The notes beneath the pieces are model-generated. The model was not told where the DNA came from, made no database searches, and saw only the letters and a program-made list of their open reading frames with translations. The translations under genes were made by a program, and so were the position numbers. A DNA stretch of 63,969 nt, counting the filler, from Perkinsus chesapeaki ATCC PRA-425 (taxonomy: Eukaryota > Protista > Perkinsozoa): assembly GCA_013115145.1 (NCBI GenBank). It is 11 parts of 11 records of this genome, joined end to end, with 100 filler letters (N's around TTAATTAATTAA, not from the genome) between each part and the next. Parts side by side here need not be neighbours in the genome. Positions count along the whole stretch, not along the records: positions 17,969 to 25,918 come from JAAPAO010001005.1; positions 26,019 to 27,763 come from JAAPAO010001802.1; positions 27,864 to 38,810 come from JAAPAO010000867.1; 8 more parts are not named here. One strand, written 5' to 3'. Positions within the stretch are counted from its first letter, which is position 1, and every line of letters starts with the position of its first letter. This document shows, piece after piece, positions 24,200 through 33,844 of this stretch.

Positions 24200-25534
24200 A
24201 AAATTCCAGAGAGAACGATGGGGAGGTATGGGAGCGGGGCCCGCTCAGCAGGCGACTACACAAAGCCAGAGGATGTAACTCTATACATCCCCCTCTTGCG
24301 AGGACTGGGCAGCATAATGTTGCCAACATTGTCCAGATGTAAACTGCCTGTTACTAACCAGCCCGTGACTACCGGCCCCACAGCCTGAGACCCAGGCAGG
24401 CAGAGGTCGACTTCACGTCCTTCGACGCCATCAAAATGACGATTCGTCAATGACGACAGAACGATAACCCCTCAATGGAACACGGACCACCCAACTCCTT
24501 AGGAATCAGGCCCAATCTGGGCCGCTCTGAGACTGGGCCTCACAAAGCAACCCCTGTCCCGGTCTATGACTGGAAAAGGCCCTGCCAGGGCCGCCCTGGC
24601 GAGGCCTAAGGAGCACAGGCGAGGTCCTAATGGAGCTAAAGGAGAATCTCTCTGAGAGACACCGACTTTGAGACAGCTCGGCCTTTAGTCTGTGATTGCC
24701 CTAACTGGCAATACCACTAGCTCTGACTCAACTAGATAGTCCCCTCGTGGGACCCATTGGTCTCAGTCTGAGACTCTCGGATTGGGGCCCCCACCCATCT
24801 TTACGAGGTAAAGACCTGGCCCGAAATCACAAACAGACATTTGGATCGGTTGCTCATAAACTCAAAAGCAGCTCTTGGAGAGCTTAATGGTGAGCCAATA
24901 TGACTATTCCGTCGGCCCTGTCATGCACAATAGCAGGACGGGCGACAACGGACAACCCGGCGCTACCATGGATGAGGCTTCCGGACCTCTCCAAGCAGTA
25001 CCGAGGCCTACCAGGAATCGTCATGCTCACAATGCGACTCACAAAGGAGTGAGCCAACTGAGAGCTGATGGTATTACCATCATGGTAACCACTGGTGATT
25101 CACCAGTTAAATGAGTTACCGGTTACTACAGCCTATCCGTCGTCCTCGTGCATAATAGCAGGACAGACGAGGAATGCTTTATTCGCTGTTTAAGGAGGAT
25201 TTCGAACCTCGATAAACCCGACGACCCCAACGGAATCGCTGACTTGGAGGGTGTTCCTGAACCGCTCCAAACAGTCGCGAAGGGCCTCGCTAGCCTGTTT
25301 TACTAGCCGATCCCGAACGCCTACTGTTTACTCCGCCGCGCCTATACGGACAGAGTCCTCCACCGGTAAGGACGTTGCGAATCCAAACTAGTGGGTAACA
25401 ACGCAACAAGGTAGACCTCACAACGAGAACAGAGCAGCGTAGAGTCACTCAGGATTACCCGTTCTGCGAGCGCAACGGTCGAAGAAATCCGAGAAGACGA
25501 CGCAAGAAAAAGGAAAAAGGGAAAGGAACATGCA

Positions 25535-25918
25535 TTACTTTGCAGAACCCTTCTTGGGAGCATCATTCTCGCCCTTCTCAGCTTTCCCAGACGCCTTTCT
25601 GTGTGCATACGGGCAATTGGACCGCTTACACACTCCGTTAGCGAGGAAGTCGTAACAGGGGCCTTTCGACTTCTTCTTCTTATTATTTGGGTTATTTTCA
25701 CGCGAAGAGACGCCCGAACGCTTCGAACCGCCAGAGCCGGAAGACTTCATAGACACTGTCTATGAAGTCGAACGGAGCTGTCTATTAGACAGCTCCACTC
25801 TCAAACCAGCCAGAACCGCGAAGTCTTGAAAACAGGCACGGAGAGGTGAACCATTCATGAACTTGGTCTCGACCACCCGCCTGAATCTATCGTCGACCAG
25901 AGTAGCTACACTCCAACC
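25535..25918 (-). pseudogene. gag-like ORF1 C-terminus with CCCH finger, one in-frame TAG
   Basis: GWSVATLVDDRFRRVVETKFMNGSPLRACF aligns with copy B DWKFAASADQQYRHSLASLMALGTPLWECF. Finger is CYDFLANGVCKRSNCPYAH; TAG at 25760-25762. Confidence 0.7.
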
Positions 25919-26018
25919 NNNNNNNNNNNNNNNNNNNNNNNNNNNNNNNNNNNNNNNNNNNNTTAATTAATTAANNNNNNNNNNNNNNNNNNNNNNNNNN
26001 NNNNNNNNNNNNNNNNNN
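25919..26018. other. Assembly spacer
   Basis: N44-TTAATTAATTAA-N44. Confidence 0.98.
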
Positions 26019-27679
26019 GGCTAGTGGGGTCGAAAGTATCCAGAAAAAGGGTCGAAAGTCAACAAACGCGGAAATGTGGTACAAGAAAAAGAATTAGCGG
26101 GCCTTCGGCCCGCTTAATAACATGGGTGATCATTTTGGTTGGCTTTGAAATCAAATCACCATTATACGGACCCCAGTCATCGTCAACCCATTATCCGTAT
26201 CCGCAGCAATTTTGGGCGTGCGCTCTTCACGGCAGCGCGCTTTGCACGCGTGCGTTCACTCGGCTTGCTTGGTAAGGCCCATACTTTGGGGATTGGAGTA
26301 GTTTCAGCTTTTCAATTCATTGATGGCCGGATATCTCGGATTCTACTTGATCTGTAGTAAATGCGTATTTAATTCGTCTAAGTTGGAGCTTAATAATGTA
26401 ATATTGAGTGTCTGCAAACGTTTCAACTGTATCTCGCGCGTTACCCAACATTTCAGGCGTGTGTGCTTTCGTTCCCACCTAGTCCATGTACCGCCCCTTG
26501 CAGTTTCTGGGTTCTAGATGAAAAAGTTAGAAGAAGGAATCTTCCTAGTGCGGCAAAATATTAGGAGGGTTGGTGACTTGCGCCAACGAGGGTATAGTGG
26601 TCCATAATATTTGCTAGTTCATAATAATAATAATACTGACGGTGATGTAATGTAGTATCGCTTCATGCACAATCGCTTCAAATCGTGCTGACTAATTCGT
26701 TAGTTTGTAGGTCGTCATCTTGCTCGTATTTCCGACAATTCGATACATTGGCCCTAGTAACTTACGTTGGATATATTTATGTAGGTTACATAATGCGTAT
26801 CACGAAGGGTTAGTAATACCTCCCATGGCATGGAAATCGCTGGTCGAATGAAAAAGTCCGTCATGGGCTGGCATACGATAGAGCTCCCAGTGAGCTCTTT
26901 CAGTGAAAATAGCATTGCGTTTACTAGTGTTAATAACCTAAAGTAGTATCTTATAAGCTATGAAGTAGCAAATGCCCTTGGAGAGGGGTACGGTCTACCT
27001 AAGAGGCGTCCAATGAAACAGTGACCGCCGGTTTGCCAGATGTACGCTTGATCAACCACATACGCCGCGAAGCTTCCAGAACGTTCGACTCATCTCGTTA
27101 CTAACGAGTCGTTAGTGCTGGGGTTGACAGGTTCGTAGCAGCGCGACAAGCGTTTATTCTCAGTATATCTCGTTACTTTATCACGCTTCGATTTTATCCG
27201 GGTTCACCCCTATTCGGTGAACTTCCATGGTTCTCAGTGCTTCAGCATAATGAATGATGATGCCGATGACGGCTCACGACCAGTGCACTGCAGAGGTAGG
27301 GGACAAAAACTCAATCTTGTCAATACTCGTACATTCCTCAGTGACAATGGGTCATTGGGTGTCTGCAATACGGAGGGATTGCAATGCGGCGCGTGAGAAC
27401 AAGATAAGGGCGTATGTCTATGGCGATGTTCAGAATCGGTCCCGGTCCATCTCCCTTAGGGGTTCAAGATCCGGTAATGTGGATTCGGAGACCGAATTCG
27501 GGACACGGGACTGGAACGTATCTTCGTTTCACTCTCTCTGTGGGTCGAGTTGTTAACGGATGCATTTAGCGGAGAATGGGGGGGGCTTCGCAGCTCGATG
27601 GGGCAGGTATGCCAGGAGTCACACTCGACTGGCTCAGGACGTAGGAAATCCTGGTATGATGATAGAATCACCACTAGTA

Positions 27680-27763
27680 GTAATAGTAATAGTTACACTG
27701 GTCATAGAACCACCACTAGCAGTAATAGTTACACTGGTCATAGAACCACCACTAGCAGTAATA
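27680..27763 (+). repeat. 36-bp minisatellite running into gap
   Basis: Unit AGTAATAGTTACACTGGTCATAGAACCACCACTAGC, more than 2 copies. Confidence 0.9.
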
Positions 27764-27863
27764 NNNNNNNNNNNNNNNNNNNNNNNNNNNNNNNNNNNNN
27801 NNNNNNNTTAATTAATTAANNNNNNNNNNNNNNNNNNNNNNNNNNNNNNNNNNNNNNNNNNNN
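27764..27863. other. Assembly spacer
   Basis: N44-TTAATTAATTAA-N44. Confidence 0.98.
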
Positions 27864-28899
27864 GTGTTGTAGCCGTGGGCACTCGGCGCTGACTGACCGC
27901 TTTCAGCTTGATCACCCTGCTTCAGCCTCTCAGAACGACGCTTAGGACCGCGCTTATTACTAGCGGCTCTGCATGCTCTCTTATGATGAGTTGTGAGATC
28001 ATCCTCAGCATTCGAGGCGCTCTGTCCTGCGCTCGTTGCGGTCTGGTGGGACTGCGCAGATTCTTGGCTCGGTACGATCTTGTTCGCTTCAATGTCCATG
28101 ATTGGAAGATAGTTCAAAGAAACGTGTTTTGTCTTTGGTTCACGCTAGGAACCCATTATTGTGTGTCTACGACACAGACCCTTGACAAGCTAGAAGTCTT
28201 GTGTTACGCACTGTCTACTTTTACACTAGGAACCAAGGCCGCGCGTGGGGGAAGGGGGTCGAAAAGGTGCAAAAAATTTTTTCTTCCAAAATCGAGTCCG
28301 TGGAATATTTTAACGATATAATAGTGCTAGGAGAGTTCCCATGCCAAATTTCAGGTTGATATGAGCACTAGTTAAGAAGTTGAGCTCGCCACACGAAATT
28401 GGGTCTTTAGATTGCGCGTACTGTATATCCCTATGATTAGTCAAGTCCGTAGAAGGACTAGTAACTAGATTCATTGAAAAAAAGGTGAGAGTCAGAGTTT
28501 TCTACCCATTTGATAATAATATGGCCTCGAGTTCTGCAGTCGGGCACACCTCAACCAGACCCAACCCTACAAATAGAAGCCGGTGAGGATAACTCCGGCT
28601 GGCATGAATCGATCCGCAGAGCTAATAGGGCGGGCTACTTGAATACGCACTCAAAGCCTCCGTATAATCAGAACTACTTGAATCATCATATAAAATTGGG
28701 GCCCCCAATTTGGGGGATAATATAGATTGGCACTGCCATCATCATTGATGGAATGGCAGTTGATTGATGGTTCATCAATCAACTGCCATTCCATGTGACT
28801 CACACGATGTGAGCCTCATATCAGAAAATTAAGTTGTATCAATCATAAACGTTGTTCTCTTGCCTCAATGATGTCTTGCCAATTCAATTGCCCGTTCAG

Positions 28900-29941
28900 C
28901 AGCAAGATCTGGTCGAAGGTCCTTCGACGAAGGGCGCCATGCAGCATTTCCACTCCCATTTCTGTTCTCACTTGACCCTCAGTAGCATTGAATAATATTT
29001 CCTTCGTGGCATTTGGTTTCTACTCATTGAAACTTTGCATTGTTGCTGCTATACCAGCAACAATCGCAGTAGCTTCAGAGGAGCCTCGTCCGTGATCGTA
29101 CCTCCGCTTCCCAGTTTTACCTGTTATCTCTTCTACCATATATTCTGTACCAGGCACACCAAAGCTAGCCAACAGAGATGCTTCATGCAACAACACCATA
29201 GGATTTGATGTTAATGTCGCAGCGACGCACACCACGCCGGGCATAGGGTTGGCCATTAAACAGGGTATCTCAACCTCCTCCGGCCCAGTCGCATCGTCGG
29301 AGTTAGAAGCGGCAACGAGGACGGAGTTACCTTGCTTGACAGCCTCCGTGATAACCCGTTTGAACATCACGGACGTCTCTTGTTTAAATGGCCCAGCAGA
29401 AGCGAACACTATAGTCTATAGCATCAAAATCTTCGAACTTCTTCGCTATCTCCCACGCATTTTTATTTGCACGTCAGAAGAGCCTCCACTGAGAGTAGCA
29501 GTTGACCTAATCGGTCGTATCTTAGCACTACTGTATCAGCTATCCCAGCGATACCTATACTATTGTTAATCTCCGCAGCGATAATACTCGTCACCGTGGT
29601 ACCGTGGTCATTAATGTCTTCGACTGATGGCACTGGAGAACCAGAAGCGTCGTGCCCTTCCAATAGTTTGCCCTCGAGGTCAGGTTGCTTAGTAGCGACG
29701 CCCGAGTCGATGATAGTGACAATGACATCTCCACGGGATAACCTGGACTCTCGGTCCGAGAGTCTCGGACCGCCCGCCAGGTCTCTTGGATATGCAATGA
29801 TTTGGACAGGATCTCTGACTTGAAAAGTAGGGGTCGTTGGGCGGGTATGGTAGGGTCTCTCGGTCGACTGGTTCGCGCCAGAGCTAAGACACCAGGGTTG
29901 TCGAAAGTGGAAATTTCAGAAATTTCAGACATGAAATGCAA
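28900..29941 (-). pseudogene. Subtilisin-like (S8) serine protease pseudogene
   Basis: Triad motifs VTIIDSG (D), NDHGTTV (H) and RGSSEATAIVAG (S region), plus GIAGIA and VAASN. Frameshift at about 29750, a second disruption at about 29410-29460, and an in-frame TAG at 29020 followed by KEILFNATEGQVRT..HGAL. Confidence 0.8.
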
Positions 29942-30204
29942 CCCATGAAAATTTCACATTTTAAAGAATTTTTAGGAAAAAGTCGAATAAACAGACGATT
30001 AGCATATTCCAAATAATTCGGAGGCTAATAAAACAATCCCTCGAGTGGACGTTATGCAAGGTATAACGAAGTAAATGCCACACACGCCCGCAGGACCTCC
30101 TGAAGGGAAATCGATTCGAACGACGCGCGCCATGTGTCAAGACCGTTTCACGCTGGACCCCGCCATTAGAATCTGGACGAGTTGATCTGAGACTCAAATT
30201 TTGT

Positions 30205-32300
30205 TTGCAGTACTTTGTTAATATGCCCGATCCGAATCAGCTGAATGACGAAGTGTCTGCCGAAGAAGACGCCTTCATCTCCAACTCAACCCTTCATAGA
30301 TTCTTCACGGTTACGGAGGAGAGGGTTGATGACAAGATTGTAAAATCCTTCACCTACCGGTGTCGATGGGAACAGGGTTTCGAGTCGAAAGTTTCGGCTT
30401 TCGACAGCTCTACACGTCGCCGGGAGCATGTCCGGTTTGAACAGTCGGCAGAATTGGGCCTGCCAGTGGCAGGCTGCCACAACCGGCTGGTGACCACCCC
30501 CAACTTTGGAGTCCCACGAAGCGTCGAAAACGTAGCAACATCAACAGCAAGGCCAGTTAGCGAAGAAATTTTTTCCACCTGTGAAACAAATTTCAAAAAT
30601 GGCCTTCCAATTTCCATGAAATAGACAACCCTGTAAGACACACGCGTACTTTTTCTACTGACTCCGCCCTTTTGGATATTTGATTCTTTGCTTTTCGATG
30701 CGGATCTTCGACTATGGTATTTCAGTGCTAACCTTCACTCTGGACGGTTGTAGTAAGAGCTCACCTGGCACTGCCAGGTAGGCACCTTTACCCTTAACGT
30801 CTAAGCCATCACTCAAGAAGCACGGCGGATTGGATTGACTGACAGAGAGAGATAGTGCGCTTCTCTGCTCTGTCGCATGTGAACTAGCTCCACCGGAGTT
30901 AGGACACATGCCCTCTGTGATACTCACAATTTGTGAGTCACAAAAAAATAAAAAATCGTAACCCAAGTAGGGAGCGCGAGTGACCTTCATATTCGCTACG
31001 TTCCCAGGGATAACCTGGGGGAGGTCTCTGAGCGCTTTTTCCGTACTTCTTGGTTAATTCTATACGGCCCTGAACTCTCTCCATGACAGGAGCTACACAG
31101 AGAATCGGTCGGAGAGTGTTGCAGCGAGACAAGGTCGGCTGACTCGCACCCCGAGCTCCAAACTGAGCTTGAGATGCAGGATTGCTCTGCTTTCCTACTC
31201 TGTACGTGCCCTTGTGACGCGCAAATTTCGGCTTTTCACCTTCTCTGGTATATCGGTGCTCTCCTATACTGTAAAGGTTTCAACTTCAGTGGAACGGCCA
31301 GTCTTCCTTACGCTTCACGTGTAGTACACACGCCATGTATAAAGGAATACCCGCAAGATGATTTTCCATTTAAGCAGTACGTAGGACTTAGCTGACATTT
31401 TCTGATGCCATCACTGATGGCCCATCAGACTGATGGTTATTTCCTTCTTCGTGGGTGAGAGAGTCTCTCTCAGAGAGAGGTGAAGACAAGTTGCACGCGT
31501 TCCACTTCTCACAATTCTCCCGGTGGGTTGCCGCCAGTCATATCATCTTCATGCCCTATCTATTCAAGCACGTAGCAAGGATGGGTACCCGTCTAGGCCC
31601 TAGAGTCTTAGGTTCTCGCACCGCACGCGTACCACCACCAGTGGAGGCTCCACTGTGGAGCTCGCCCCTTCCCAGTCACATAAGCGCGGGGCCACTCTAT
31701 AAACTGCGTTGAAATATTGAGATCTGATCAGTCGTGCTTGATAGTCGGGTCCTGGCATCCAGTCGGGGCTGAGGGTTCTACGATCCTGAGGTCTCTTCTC
31801 ATCCTCAGGTATCCGTCTCTCACTTGTGTGTGAGAAGCGACTCTTATCATCCCCAGAACGAAAAGTCCATCTTCTTTAACCAAGTCTCACACTGAGTTCT
31901 ATCACGGTGGCTACAAATTCAACTTGTAGCCTACAACCCTTCGTGTAACACCCTTACTGTTGGGTTTGCACCAGAAAACGAGGGGCTTGATCCTGCTATT
32001 TCTACAAACTCCATATCATGAAAATGTTGATAAGGTATTTTCTTTTTCTGTTAAAATCATTGAGTTGCTTTGTATGCATAACTTTACACTTTTTTGAGTC
32101 AAAACCTTTGACGGATAGGTGTTTCCACATATTCACCAAGATTCTCTCCTTCATGAACGTCATCATCCAGAAGGTTCTGCTCGTCGTGGCTTTGGAGTCC
32201 GCCGCACTTGAGACAAGCTCAATGCTTCTCAATCAGCTCAATGAACCCAGTGAGCTTTGGTTCAACAAACCTCCAAGAAAAGATATGTGAGATACACTAG
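30205..32300 (+). mobile_element. Highly degenerate RT/RNase H remnant, probably related to the element at 38952
   Basis: ORF 30205-30624 (TPNFGVP..STARPVS..NFKNGLP) weakly parallels TVFPVEQ..HPVRPCAD..NLALP of the 38952 RT. Downstream are scattered broken motifs (TLDGCSKS). The alignment was by eye only. Confidence 0.35.
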
Positions 32301-32920
32301 TGATATACATAACACCGCTAGTGATATATACTGTCTCAGAGATTTTCCAACGATGAACAATGACGGTATGCTAGACAACTCGTCTAAGACGAGGCTCATG
32401 CTTCTCTCACTTCATATAGATGATTTTAGGTGCTTCTCCTCAAAGACCAAATGGAGACCGCGAGGATGAACATGGTCAGATTTTCAACCGGAGCGACAAC
32501 GTTTCTTATAGTTGCCTCTTCTATGAGGTTATAAGCAACCTCTGAGCGGTGATACCTTATTCGTACTCAGGATTGGGACCAGTTGTATGCTGCATGTGGG
32601 GATGAATGCAGCACTGCGGACACGTGCCCCGAGCCACAAAGCAGCGGAAATAGCAAACAATGCATATTTTCGGTCTGCGCGCTTGGCTGCGGCAGCGATG
32701 CTGTAATGAACTCCATCCAATCTACGCCGTGGAGCATTTTTATTGTAGGACTGTGGTAACGACGGAAGGTGCATTGATTCCAGGGACGGACAATACTGTG
32801 TGTACAAACAGTTTTGAGTGGAGTCTTCAGGTCGAATCAGACGCCCATGGCCAGGGTCTAATCCGAATCCGACGCTTCAAGCGTCACGTTCAGACGCTTG
32901 TAGTTACTAGGCATATGTAT

Positions 32921-33620
32921 TCTCATTATGAGTGAGTCTTTCTAGAGAATTCATAGTATCTCTCATCCGCTCACATAACAATGCCTCTCATACTAGTATG
33001 GTTGTGTTCCATGAATGGGCTAAGTCATCCGGATCTGACACATATCAGAGACAGCGATATCTAAATAAATGACTAATCATTAATGTACAAAAGACCAATA
33101 CAGATGGGTTGAATGATTCAACTTGAATCATTCAAGTTGATCATTCATCAATTCTCCATGCCTGACTTTGCTCCCGCGTCGAGTGAGTCCTGAGTCAGGA
33201 CTCTTGACGGGAACGATACTGGTGATAGACTAAGCCTAGTCGACATGGGTTTACCATACGCTCACTGTCAAATGGACAGTGAGCGATTCACAACAAAGTT
33301 TCTACACCTTTTCAACCCTTCCTTGAACAATAGTAACTTCGATTTCGACGAGCGAATGAATTGGAGGTTAAGATTCTCGTAACGAAGATCTCGTTTAGTA
33401 ACTTCAGTTCCCTAACACTAGCGCTCGCACGTTAGCACCTGACTAACAGCACACGGTACACGTAACGGTAAGCCATCTATTCATTTCCGGCAAATGGGCA
33501 AAGTATCATTGCAGTCGGAGGTTAGCAGTTATTACGCGCATTCATTCTTCTCATTAGTGAGTCAATCAAAGAGATTCTTAGCATATCTCATCCGCTCACA
33601 TATCAACGCCTCTCAAACTT
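32921..33620 (+). repeat. Diverged direct repeat pair (about 75 bp at 32921-32995 and 33549-33620)
   Basis: Shared TCTCATTA(T)GTGAGTC..AGAGA.TTC.TAG.AT.TCTCATCCGCTCACATA.CAA.GCCTCTCA.ACT.GT. Confidence 0.7.
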
Positions 33621-33822
33621 GTCATTTATTGTATTACGCGCTGTAGAGAAAAAGCTGTACAGGGGCCTATTCCAAAAGTCTCTTGGAAGAACCTTTTCCT
33701 AAGGTATAAGAAGTTCTTACAAGAAGTAGCTCAAGAGGCATAACCGATTTCAAAAGTTTTTGCCACTTTTAAGAAAGCTTCTTATACCCCTAGAAGCCTT
33801 CTTAAGCTTCATACAACTTTTT

Positions 33823-33844
33823 ACAGTAGCCATCTCAGTTCAAG
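33823..33844 (+). other. Spliced-leader-like relic
   Basis: ACAGTAGCCATCTCAGTTCAAG matches 18/22 positions of the Perkinsus SL as recalled (ACCGTAGCCATCTTGGCTCAAG). It is followed by TT rather than a GT donor. Confidence 0.4.

Larger units (their letters stand above)
19800..25918 (-). mobile_element. DIRS-like tyrosine-recombinase retrotransposon, copy A (decayed; two tandem YR genes)
   Basis: gag-like ORF, RT-RNase H ORF, YR ORF and a second YR-like ORF, all co-oriented and homologous to the element at 44337-49393. The 5' end is lost in a gap. Confidence 0.8.

Noticed and set aside
26195-26260. Sm-site-like AATTTTGG followed by a GC stem (possible snRNA or SL RNA)
   Set aside because: No recognisable U1, U4, U5 or SL 5' sequence upstream.
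26645-26685. U2 snRNA-like words (TGTAGTATC, ATCGCTTC)
   Set aside because: Wrong order and no U2 stem-loops; chance matches.
27864-28117. Minus-strand ORF MNYLPIMDIEANK.. running into a gap
   Set aside because: Too short and low-complexity to assign; it may be the start of a transposon gene but this cannot be supported.
4062-29022. In-frame TAG/TAA stops (4062, 16017, 25760, 29020) as evidence of stop-codon reassignment
   Set aside because: All lie in elements with independent frameshifts or deletions, and apparently intact genes end normally in TAA/TAG (RTF2, both oxidases, YR).
30286-30540. Minus-strand YVFDASW as an RT or RNase H motif
   Set aside because: Isolated match; the + strand gives a longer, more coherent resemblance to the RT at 38952.
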